Origin: Nitrospirales bacterium
Lineage (GTDB): Bacteria; Nitrospirota; Nitrospiria; Nitrospirales; UBA8639
Assembly: GCA_965203295.1 (NCBI GenBank)
Contig: CBDBCZ010000019.1
Span: forward strand, 2,240,001 to 2,304,000
Reading direction: 5' to 3'
Length of the DNA stretch: 64,000 bases
Below, piece by piece: positions 31,296 to 40,741 of this stretch. Positions within the stretch are counted from its first letter, which is position 1. Every line of letters begins with the position of its first letter. The notes under the pieces are model-generated. The model was not told the DNA's origin and did no database searches. It saw nothing but the letters and a program-made list of their open reading frames with translations. The position numbers and the translations under genes were made by a program.

Positions 31296-33050
31296 ATGAA
31301 GACGATCGATGAGTTGTTGATAGCCGACGCACCACAGGCGCTTGCTATAGAAGTGACCAGCAAATTTAACTTAACGTGCAAGATGTGCCCGCTGACCACA
31401 GGCAACACGTTATCTAGTACCAATCCGGACGATATGACGATGGTCTTGTGGCATGACGTTTTACCACTTGCCAAACGTTATAGAAACGTGATTCTTACTG
31501 GCTACGGTGAGCCATTGTTGAACCCACACTTCTTACCTATGCTAAGAGAGCTAAACCAGGCACAGGTCAACTTCTCAGTAACCACCAATGGCACGCCCAT
31601 CACCAAATCCGTTGCTCTGGAGCTGGCGTCACTTGAGTCTATGAACCAACTTACTGTCTCTATTGATTCACCCGAGAGAGACAGTTACCGCTCTATTCGA
31701 GGGGGAGATGTCGAAAAGGCGTTGAAGGGCGTGAAGAACCTGATGGCAACCATTAGAGATCCGAATAGGGTTACCCTGTCAGTGGTTCTCATGAAGCACA
31801 ACATCAAAGATTTGATAAATTTTCCCGCTCTTCTCGCCGAGTTCGGAGTTCGAAGGTTCGATCTCCAGATACTGGCGAACTACAACCCCTTATGCCCCGA
31901 GTACCAATTGATCCATAACCATGAGTTGTTTGCGCACATAGATGAGATCAAGCGGCGGTGTGAAGAAGTGAGTCTTGAACTCAAGATGGACCCTGCCTAT
32001 GCTCAACGCTTTGTGTTAGAGCGCTTCAATCCTCAAGAAGCGATGCGCCGGTACCATGCCACGTCTTCAGAGTCAAAAGAGACCAGGCAGTGCTGTCTTC
32101 CTTGTGGTGTCCCCTTTATCAACCGCGAAGGCCGCGTCTTCCCCTGTTGTTTATCATCGACAGATAGCACCGCCATCATGGGTGATCTAAACCATGAACA
32201 TTGGGATAGCATTTGGAATGGAAGGCGGTACCGCGATTTTCGCAAGCGTATTTTGGACGGGAATACCACCCCTTCGATCTGCCAACGCTGTAACCTGGCA
32301 CCTCGCGGTAAGCACCCTCTGCTCCTTGAGCAGAACGAGCAGGTTGCGCTCTATGACAACATGCCCTCGATCATTCAGAAACTCCTCAAGCGAATACAAG
32401 GAATTCCATCTGACAATATGGCACCACGCCGGTTCTTTACAGCCTATTACAACAAGAATCTCTGGCACGGGTTAGAATCGAAAAGCGGGCCGGGATCAGA
32501 AGGTTTCTTTGCACAACAGAAAGTCCAATTTCTTAAGGAGATTGTACAAGCCTATCATGTCGTCTCCCTGCTCGATCTCGGTTGTAGGGATTTCTACTGG
32601 ATGAAGGAAATCGCGTATGGCATGAAACGCTATCATGGCATTGATGTCGTCAAGCCCTTAATTGATTCAAATATCAAACAATTTGCCTCTCAAGCTGTGA
32701 CGTTTCAATGTCTGGATATCACCACAGAACAGGAGCAGAAGAAACTAAGAGACCAGCCTTATGACCTTGTGGTGTGTTTCGATGTGTTCGGGAATCTCCT
32801 GAATGATGAAATAGACAGGTTCCTCTCGTTTCTCTTTCATGAAATTGATGCAAGATACCTTCTTATCATGAATCGAAGAGATGGGCAAAGCGAGCTCTAC
32901 TTGCATCGTCCCAAGACGCGTGAGAAAAGGATAAACGTTCAGGCATACAGAATCTTTCAGGACTATCGTTTAATTCCCGTGTGGCAAAGAGAAGCATTAT
33001 TTCCTGGAGATTATTTCGAGCTTTATAAGATGCCGAGCAAAGAAGCGTAA
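31296..33050 (+). CDS. Radical SAM/SPASM protein fused to a class I SAM-methyltransferase-like domain (degenerate motifs)
   Basis: FNLTCKMC, GYGEPLL, TTNGT, VSIDS, G.VFPCC and CQRC; C-terminal W...ESKSGPGS...LDLGCRDFYW...YHGID. Confidence 0.85.
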   Translation: MKTIDELLIADAPQALAIEVTSKFNLTCKMCPLTTGNTLSSTNPDDMTMVLWHDVLPLAKRYRNVILTGYGEPLLNPHFLPMLRELNQAQVNFSVTTNGTPITKSVALELASLESMNQLTVSIDSPERDSYRSIRGGDVEKALKGVKNLMATIRDPNRVTLSVVLMKHNIKDLINFPALLAEFGVRRFDLQILANYNPLCPEYQLIHNHELFAHIDEIKRRCEEVSLELKMDPAYAQRFVLERFNPQEAMRRYHATSSESKETRQCCLPCGVPFINREGRVFPCCLSSTDSTAIMGDLNHEHWDSIWNGRRYRDFRKRILDGNTTPSICQRCNLAPRGKHPLLLEQNEQVALYDNMPSIIQKLLKRIQGIPSDNMAPRRFFTAYYNKNLWHGLESKSGPGSEGFFAQQKVQFLKEIVQAYHVVSLLDLGCRDFYWMKEIAYGMKRYHGIDVVKPLIDSNIKQFASQAVTFQCLDITTEQEQKKLRDQPYDLVVCFDVFGNLLNDEIDRFLSFLFHEIDARYLLIMNRRDGQSELYLHRPKTREKRINVQAYRIFQDYRLIPVWQREALFPGDYFELYKMPSKEA

Positions 33051-33091
33051 TGCTATAGAGTTCCTCATAACGAACGTTTACTGCACAATTG

Positions 33092-33165
33092 GCGTAACAC
33101 AGCGCTGTGCCTGGCCGCTCTATTCTGCTACGCGACATTGCGGCAAGTGAGCTTGGTCGTTAGGC
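33092..33165 (+). other. Integron attC recombination site
   Basis: GCGTAAC-acagcgctg...gccgc...gcggc...tgagcttggtc-GTTAGGC, 74 bp, starting 41 nt after the stop of the upstream gene. Confidence 0.72.
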
Positions 33166-33463
33166 ATGATGTCCGACGAAATGACAACAGACAACCAAAG
33201 GCCTGAATCCGGCAGATAGTGAAACGGCACAAGGCAATCCTGGAACAAGAGACTTTAAAGATTTCAGAGAATTTCAATTGAAGTGGACTACTGAGGGGAA
33301 AGATGCATACATGGCTCGGCGTCGAGTGCCTTAAAGTGGCTTCTGGCCGTCGGGAAAGTACCTTCCGACCCCGCACGGCAATTAGGAACTTCACAGGCGG
33401 CCTAACTGCTGGAGGCAGGTCACCATGTCCAAAAGAATAAGGTGCCGAGGATTACTGCAAGTG

Positions 33464-33900
33464 ATGAACAACGTCTATCTCACGAGGCTTGTGAGCGTCA
33501 CCTTTGTACTGATGGTGTGGAGTGCTTCCCATGCCCAAGCGAAGAGGTACCCACAACCCCTAGTACTGTCGTTCGTCAATGGCTCCATTCCTATCCGCAC
33601 GATCTTGCCCAAGCGGTGACCTTCACTAGTCCAGGCTTCCGAGAAAACTTGCCTCCATCCGACTGGATCACCCAAATGGAATCCCTTGTTGACGCTCTTC
33701 GTTTGAAGTATCTAGATAGCCAAATTCTGGGAGATGAAGTAAACGGAAATCGTGAACTGATCGATGTGGAAGTTTGGATTTCCACCGTCATTGGCGAGCA
33801 GATTCAACGTGAACAATATGAATTACGTCGTTACTGTTTGGTATGGTTACTGGAAAAAGTCAATGTCCGAGAGGAACGGTTTTTGGAACAGACAATGTAA
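33464..33900 (+). pseudogene. Exported hypothetical protein, frameshifted after the signal peptide
   Basis: Signal peptide ending ...SASHAQA is in one frame; the mature part EEVPTTPSTVVRQWL... is in another from about 33540. Confidence 0.55.
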
Positions 33901-34203
33901 CTTGGGCATTCTTGCAAGGTGGAAAACCCATCGTCTATGCTCCCCCTCGCCCCAATATTGGTTCATTAGCATAGCCGTTGCATCTTGTCACAGATGACCT
34001 TCTCTTACTGGAAAACACCCCAAGACACATAATAGCTAGACGACGGGTTCTCTAAAGCGGCCCCCCGCCTGCCGACAAGTACCCCCCCTCTCAATTTTTA
34101 TCGATATCCCAGGTGTTAGAAATACAGATCAACGAGAAGGAATTGAGGTGAAAAGAGGCAAAGAGAAGCAAACTTGAAAATTGATTTTATGCAGTAAAGA
34201 CGA

Positions 34204-34242
34204 AGGGATTGCTCGTCTTATCAACGACTTGAGCAATCCCCT
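34204..34242. terminator. Stem-loop next to the truncated tRNA copy
   Basis: gggattgctc-16 nt-gagcaatccc. Confidence 0.6.
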
Positions 34243-34249
34243 CTAGATG

Positions 34250-34313
34250 GATCCGTAGTCAAGTGCTCTATCCATTGAGCTAGGGGCGCCTGGCGTGATT
34301 TATCGATGAGTTA
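34250..34313 (-). repeat. Direct repeat of the tRNA-Arg 5' half plus 24 nt upstream flank (pseudo-tRNA/att site)
   Basis: 61/64 identical to 29416-29479. Confidence 0.93.
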
Positions 34314-34408
34314 TCGGCGTTCCTGGATATCCAACTGACATCACCCAACATGGAAAGCTGTGTCAATCAATTCCAAGGACCGTCTCGTCATGAAAAACAC
34401 ATGGAGTG

Positions 34409-34451
34409 AATGTAACTCGAAACCTATCAAATGTAACTCGAAACCTATCAA
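34409..34451. repeat. 21 bp tandem duplication
   Basis: aatgtaactcgaaacctatca x2, perfect. Confidence 0.9.
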
Positions 34452-34602
34452 TTATTGCGAGGGAAATACCAGTGAAAAGTTTCCCGTCACATAATTGCTC
34501 TATCCGTTGCTTGTCGGATTCTCAATCTTTGCCACAGATATTTTCGACCGAGACCGGTTTCAAGAATTGCTTCTGCTACACCATGGTGATGGATGAGAAG
34601 AT

Positions 34603-35958
34603 TCACGCTCCATTGAGCAAAACGCATGTTGACTCGAATACCTTCTGGCGAGGAAGAGGGGTTCCATACAGCGTGGATGGAGAGGCATCATAGACCTCTA
34701 GCGAGATGAGATCTCCAGGACTCACAGGCATGCGGGCTTTTTCCCACACAGCCGTCACGTTGCTTTCGGTGTGCCCCATCCATTGAGCAGAGCTTTTTTT
34801 CGCCTCTCCTTCAACCAATATTTCGACAGCCTGACCAGCAAGGGCTCTGTTTTTTTCTGCGGACAGGCTTCTTTGAAGTTCGACAAGTTTTGTCACCCTG
34901 TTGGATTTGACGAGGTCTGAGACATCATCGGGGTATTTCCGACTGGCTATGGTATTTTTTCGTTCGGAGTATTTGAAGATAAAGGCAGAATGAAATCCCA
35001 TGTCTTCAATCAATCGGTACGTCTTCATAAAATCTTCGTCCGTTTCTGTGCAAAATCCACAAATGATATCTGTACTCAGCGCAATATCCCCTCGACGCCG
35101 AATTTCCTGGACCAGGTTTATATAGTCTTTTCGGGTATAACTTCGCCCCATCAACTCCAGGATTCTGTCACTTCCTGACTGAACAGGCAGATGAATCTGA
35201 CTGCAAATATGAGGGTGCCCAGACACCGCATCCAACAGAGCAGGAGGAAAATCTTTGGGATGCGGAGAGGTAAATCGTACTCGTTCAATTCCCGGGATAT
35301 CGGCAACGGCTGTCAGTAATCTGGCGAAATCCCAGCCATCATATTCATAGGAGTTCACGTTCTGTCCCAACAGGGTAATCTGCTTATACCCCTGGCCAGC
35401 CAGACCCCGGGCTTCCTCCAGAACACCTCTGGGGTCACGGGAACGCTCTCGTCCACGAGTGTAAGGAACTACGCAGAAGGTGCAAAAATTATCACACCCA
35501 CGCATGACCGCTATCCACGCATTCACCCCGGGGTTTCGATCTGGCAGGATTTGGGCATAGGTTTCATACTCAGATAACTCGACGGCCGTTCCTCTTCCCT
35601 GGTTTTCGATCGCCCGGGTGAGCAGTTCGGGCAAACGTCGATACCCATCAGGACCGACCAGCACATCGATCAAAGGTTGAGTCTCGAATAGTTCATCTTT
35701 GAGATTTTGGGCCATACATCCCAGCACTCCGATCACCAAGCCCCTCTGACGCTTCAGGACTTTGTAATCCTCAAGATGTCCATACACACGTTTGTGGGCG
35801 TTCTCACGAATCGCACAGGTATTCATGAGCACAGCATCGGCCTGCTCATAATTCGGAGTAAACGAAAACCCTCTCGTCTTGAGCAACGAGCGTACCAGTT
35901 CCGTGTCATATTCATTCATCTGACATCCGAAGGTTTCAATATAGACTTGATAGGACAT
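34603..35958 (-). CDS. miaB: tRNA methylthiotransferase MiaB
   Basis: TFGCQMN, NTCAIRE, GCDNFCTFC and a TRAM domain. Confidence 0.95.
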   Translation of the reverse strand: MSYQVYIETFGCQMNEYDTELVRSLLKTRGFSFTPNYEQADAVLMNTCAIRENAHKRVYGHLEDYKVLKRQRGLVIGVLGCMAQNLKDELFETQPLIDVLVGPDGYRRLPELLTRAIENQGRGTAVELSEYETYAQILPDRNPGVNAWIAVMRGCDNFCTFCVVPYTRGRERSRDPRGVLEEARGLAGQGYKQITLLGQNVNSYEYDGWDFARLLTAVADIPGIERVRFTSPHPKDFPPALLDAVSGHPHICSQIHLPVQSGSDRILELMGRSYTRKDYINLVQEIRRRGDIALSTDIICGFCTETDEDFMKTYRLIEDMGFHSAFIFKYSERKNTIASRKYPDDVSDLVKSNRVTKLVELQRSLSAEKNRALAGQAVEILVEGEAKKSSAQWMGHTESNVTAVWEKARMPVSPGDLISLEVYDASPSTLYGTPLPRQKVFESTCVLLNGA

Positions 35959-35973
35959 CTGATTTTCCAAAAA

Positions 35974-37409
35974 TTATTCGGCCGACAAAAACATGGGTAA
36001 CACTTTGTTTCTGTGCCCTTCAGGCGCGGAAGAGGACTCCCAAGCAGGAACAACTCGGGGATCCTGCACCAAACCAGATGGCTCATAATGGGTTGCGCCT
36101 AAAGCCAACCCGTCCATGATCACGCTAATCACCACATCATGAATCTGGTTTGTCAACACCTGTCTGCTGGGAATCCCGACTCTTATATAATTGTTCGTGA
36201 GACCAGTCCATAAGCCTTTGTCATTCTGAGACTCAAAAGCACTGAGACCTCGGCTCCGACAAAGCGTTGATAAAACGACAACCGCTTTATCCAGGATAAA
36301 TCGCCCAACTGGCGCGTTCGAGATTTGATTGTGCCAGAATCAACGGGGTTGTTCATTCGGAAAGCCGCCGTTCCAGGTCTGGGTGAATAGCTAAACACAT
36401 GGAAATAGGCAAAGGGAAGATCAGACACCACAGCCTTCGTGTTTGCAAACTGTTCGTCACTCTCACTTGGAAATCCCGCAAGGAGGTCAGTTCCCACACA
36501 AAGATCAGGCACTCGCCGAACCACCCGCTCTATCCACTCGACATATTCCTTGACCGTATACCGTCGGTTCATGGCCCCGAGTATGGTATCATCCCCACTT
36601 TGAAGAGGGACATGCAAATACCGACACAGCTTTTGTGAGATCGCCATATAATCAATGAGCTCATCAGGAATGGTCGTAGGTTCAATCGAAGAAATTCTGA
36701 CCCGTTTGAGAGCGGGGATCGCTTCCAACCGTTCAAGGAGGTCAACGAGGGTTTTCCCATTCTCCTGAAACTGTCCAATATTGACCCCCGTCAAGACCAG
36801 CTCCTGGTGGCCTTTGTGAACCAGCGCCTCAGCCTCCCGTATCGTATCGTCGAAACGACGGCTACGTTCACGACCCTGTGCAAACGGAATCAAGCAAAAG
36901 GCACACATAAAATTGCATCCGTCCTGAATCTTGAGATTAGCCCGGGTGTGCGCATAGTCACCCACTCCGTCAATGCTAAAGGTCTCCACCATATGCTGAC
37001 TCGTTCGAAAAACCTCAGACGCCGGCTTTTTCGGCGGAAGAGTGTGCAAATACTCGGGAAGGTTCATTTTACTTTGATTGCCCATCACCAAATCGACACC
37101 AGGAATCGCAGCTAAGGTTTGGGTTCCGGTTTGGGCATAACACCCCGTCACGGCAATGAACGCCTGCGGCGATTCTTTAAGGGTTCGTCTGACAACACGC
37201 CGACAGTCCGCTTCCGCACCTTCCGTCACTGAACAGGTATTCAAAACCAACAGGTCAGTCGGTCGGCCAAAATCCACTGGCACATACCCGATCGCCTTAA
37301 ATCGGTCCACCAAAATCGCAGTTTCAGCCTGATTGAGGCGGCACCCGACGGTGTGAAATGAAACCTGTGGAGGAGATGTCGTTTGGTCAAAGATCATAAA
37401 GAGTGGCAT
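35974..37409 (-). pseudogene. mtaB: tRNA methylthiotransferase MtaB, frameshifted in the TRAM domain (or sequencing error)
   Basis: GCRLNQAE and KIQDGCNFMCAFC motifs. Adding one base to the A4 run at 36235-36238 restores VLFE...GLTNNYIRV. Confidence 0.88.
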
Positions 37410-37555
37410 TATAATGAAGCCCTTAGATGACAACAAGTGAGCCACTTTCTCCTATTCGTTGGGTGAAGAAAAAAATTGCCGACATCTCAGGGATGGAGTA
37501 CAATAAACAAGTTAACCACCTGGCCTTTTCACAATAGGGGGCTCCCATTATCTCA

Positions 37556-37984
37556 ATGAGGAGGAAACTCATGAGCGGGTGGAAAATATCTTCTTTCCTC
37601 TTATTTCTTGTGTTTTCATTCCTATTAGTAGGCCCCCCTCTGACTTCGTCCCAACCTCAACTTCCACTCGAACCGGATGAAGAGACCAGACTGGAAGAAA
37701 TCTATGATCATGAAGCAAGCATGTTATTGTTCCTCTACTCTTTGGAAGGGAATGACACGTTCGATTATGTCGTTGGGCGAAAGGTCACGGACTACCAGCG
37801 AAGTTACTATGGCAATCCTGTTTATTACCTGGAACCCTACCCCCTTTTTTATTGGTGGAACCACACCATGTGGAATGATCCGGAGCAAGATGGCGTGAAT
37901 GGGAATGAACTTGTGTACCAAGAGGATGTCAATTTTGACCCAAGCCGTCACAAACCTTGCTTGTTCAACGGTCAACCTTGTTAG
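37556..37984 (+). CDS. Exported hypothetical protein
   Basis: Signal peptide, acidic/aromatic mature domain, GAGGA RBS before ATG 37571. Confidence 0.7.
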   Translation: MRRKLMSGWKISSFLLFLVFSFLLVGPPLTSSQPQLPLEPDEETRLEEIYDHEASMLLFLYSLEGNDTFDYVVGRKVTDYQRSYYGNPVYYLEPYPLFYWWNHTMWNDPEQDGVNGNELVYQEDVNFDPSRHKPCLFNGQPC

Positions 37985-38443
37985 CTGCTACGATTAGAAC
38001 GTTTTTGAGCCCAGCATTCGTCTACGTCGTCACACCTCTCTCTTTTTCAATCCGGGGTTTCTGTCCCTTCCATTTTTCAAAAAAGAACTGCATGATTATC
38101 GTATGAAGCACCCACCCCTCTCTGCGAAATCAGATAACGCCAATTTCACCAAAGAACGATTGCATTCGCACGATCCCTAAATTCTACTGTGCTGGTATCA
38201 AACGACCTCGCCGCATCAAGCGATCAAACCAATTCACGCGTATTTTGGAACCCGACCGAGGGAATGGCTAGCAACGTCTAAGTGGGTGGAACCAATAAAT
38301 CCTCATACCATCACGTTCCTTGTCTTCCAGTACCTGACCATCGTGAGTGTCTCTCAGCACGGCTTGACGTACGGACTAATTTCTCTGACAAGGAAACCGA
38401 AGGCCACGCCGTGAGACCAAACCGAGATTGATCACTGAATGAC

Positions 38444-39838
38444 ATGACACCCTCAGAACGCATTGCCCGCGTTGGGAAGACCGCCTTGACCCGATTGTTT
38501 TCCTTCCAGCTCCTACCGGGCCAAACCGTGGTCATAGCGGCTGGAATTTTGATCCTCATCGGAACAGGCTTGTTGCTCCTTCCTCTGTCCACTCCTCCTC
38601 ATGTTCAGTTGGGACTTCTCGATGCTTTGTTCACCGCAACATCCGCGGTGTGTGTTACAGGACTCATTGTCATGGATACCCCCAATGAGTTTACGACGTT
38701 CGGGCAACTGGTCATTCTGTTTCTTATTCAAGTCGGAGGTCTGGGCTATGCTCTGATGACGACCCTGATCCTGTTATTCTTGGGCCAACGCATCAGTCTG
38801 AAGAGCCGGATGATGCTCGCAGAAACCCTGAGCACGCCGGACATGGAAGGGACGGTCCGATTCGTGAAAATCGTCGCGATGATTACTCTCATTTTTGAAG
38901 GTCTCGGCACCATTCTTCTAATATTGCGTTTTTCTCAAGACATGGAGCTGGAACAAGCCTTTTACTACGGCCTGTTTCACGCCATATCCGCCTTTAACAA
39001 TGCCGGCTTTTCTCTTTTTTCTGACAGCCTCATTTCTTTCCAATTAGATGTGGCTGTCAACCTTGTGGTCACGGCACTCATTATTCTCGGCAGCATCGGG
39101 TTTTTGGTCTTTCGAGATCTACTTGATAATCTCAAAGGGAAACGGTTCCGACTACAGATTCATACCAATTTAGTGCTGATCACTACGGTCGGCCTCATTT
39201 TGGTTGGCACCTTCGGCATTGCCATTCTCGAATGGAATAACGAGCAGACGTTTCAGCATTTGAGTCTGGGGGAGCGACTGGCGGTGGCCCATTTTCATAC
39301 GGTTTCCCGCACAGCGGGATTTACCACCATTGACATTAGTCAGATGCAGGATGCCACATTGTATTTCCTGATATTGTTGATGGCAATTGGAGGATCTCCG
39401 AGTAGTATGTCGGGAGGAGTGAAAACAACGACGTTCGCGATAGTCTTTTTGACCCTGTGGGCTATATTACGACGGCAGCCGGACGTGGAAGTGTTTCATC
39501 GACGCATACCCAGAGATTTGATCGTCCGAGCATTCTGTCTTTGCATGTTAGCCTTCGCACTCATCACCTTTTTTACCTTAATTCTTGCTTTTACCGAGGA
39601 ACGCCCTTTCCTGAGCATCATGTTTGAAGTGACGTCAGCGATGGGAATCGTTGGGATGTCCTTGGGAGATGGAGCGAATCGGAGTCTTTCGGCCCTTTTG
39701 ACGAACTTTGGCAAAATCGTCATTATTATTTCGATGTTATTGGGCCGTTTCGGACCGCTGATGATTGGGCTGTTTGCTGTGCAAACCGCTTTTCAAAAGC
39801 GGTATCGTCTTCCGGAGTCTCGCGTAATCATTGGCTAG
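38444..39838 (+). CDS. TrkH/KtrB potassium uptake membrane protein
   Basis: FTATSAVCVTGL, SAFNNAGF, RTAGF, GGVKTTT and GRFG motifs. Confidence 0.94.
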   Translation: MTPSERIARVGKTALTRLFSFQLLPGQTVVIAAGILILIGTGLLLLPLSTPPHVQLGLLDALFTATSAVCVTGLIVMDTPNEFTTFGQLVILFLIQVGGLGYALMTTLILLFLGQRISLKSRMMLAETLSTPDMEGTVRFVKIVAMITLIFEGLGTILLILRFSQDMELEQAFYYGLFHAISAFNNAGFSLFSDSLISFQLDVAVNLVVTALIILGSIGFLVFRDLLDNLKGKRFRLQIHTNLVLITTVGLILVGTFGIAILEWNNEQTFQHLSLGERLAVAHFHTVSRTAGFTTIDISQMQDATLYFLILLMAIGGSPSSMSGGVKTTTFAIVFLTLWAILRRQPDVEVFHRRIPRDLIVRAFCLCMLAFALITFFTLILAFTEERPFLSIMFEVTSAMGIVGMSLGDGANRSLSALLTNFGKIVIIISMLLGRFGPLMIGLFAVQTAFQKRYRLPESRVIIG

Positions 39839-39848
39839 ACCCCACGCC

Positions 39849-40139
39849 CTACCGAACCCTTCGTTGAAGGACCAAAACAAACGCCACGAGAGTCGGCAGG
39901 GGCGCAATCACAAAAGGAGCTAACCAATACCAGACATTTTTCCCCCGCACCTGAGCCTGATCAAACATCCACATGAATACCCACACCACCAATAAGAAAT
40001 AATTGAGTACTAACCAATGAGTCGTCCTGGGGTACAGAACACTCGCTCCCTGCCCAGAAGCCGTGAGCCAGAACAGGATTTCCAACACCACGAACACACT
40101 TAATAGACCGATGACAATTCGTTTACTCCAGACAAACAT
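39849..40139 (-). CDS. Small membrane protein
   Basis: Three hydrophobic segments; AAGGAGGT RBS. Confidence 0.7.
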   Translation of the reverse strand: MFVWSKRIVIGLLSVFVVLEILFWLTASGQGASVLYPRTTHWLVLNYFLLVVWVFMWMFDQAQVRGKNVWYWLAPFVIAPLPTLVAFVLVLQRRVR

Positions 40140-40298
40140 GCTTACCTCCTTCAGAATCTGATGAGAATAGAATCTGCAAAAACTTTCCTTTGTTCTTTCA
40201 GATAGTGTCTAGTAAGGGAGTTTCAAGTTTAAAGTTTCGAGTTTAAAGTGTAAAAAATTTGGAAATCTAGAGGGGTGTGGCTCGTGGATCCCTACCCT

Positions 40299-40460
40299 TT
40301 CATCCCTGCAATTTTTTTTAGCGGGGATCCATCTTTCTTGATCCTCCTGGATGCACACTGACGACTGCGGGCATGACAATTCAAGGAACTGAGTCGTAGC
40401 AGGAACTCCGAACTTCATCTGACATAACGGTATTCATCACGTGAGATTCAAGTTTTTACA
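40299..40460 (+). repeat. Repeat family 1, copy B
   Basis: Colinear with 22954-23110. Confidence 0.85.
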
Positions 40461-40571
40461 CATCAAACTTGCCTGTGGATAAGCCATCAAAAAAAACCTG
40501 AAATTCCTTTCAATTCAATACATTATTTCATCCACAATTTATTCCGCTTAATTCCCACAACTCACAAGGCG

Positions 40572-40618
40572 CCACAATATTTTGTATTGACAATTTATTG
40601 AAGCCGCTATAAATTGTG
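40572..40618 (+). promoter_or_regulatory. Tandem NrdR boxes overlapping the nrdJ promoter
   Basis: ccacaatattttgtat and gccgctataaattgtg, about 31 bp apart, flanking TTGACA. Confidence 0.75.
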
Positions 40619-40741
40619 CTCCTTCGAAGTTTATCCAACCTCATTCTTTTTAGATAGCCTCATGAACGAAGACAAGAAAGTTCGGTTGGTTGAACCATTC
40701 TCTAGCCCCCTCCCTGGGTCAATCGGAAAAGGAGCAACATC

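Noticed and set aside
40460..40741. Cobalamin riboswitch upstream of nrdJ
   Set aside because: No B12-box or GGGAA...GCCACTG pattern; NrdR boxes explain the region.
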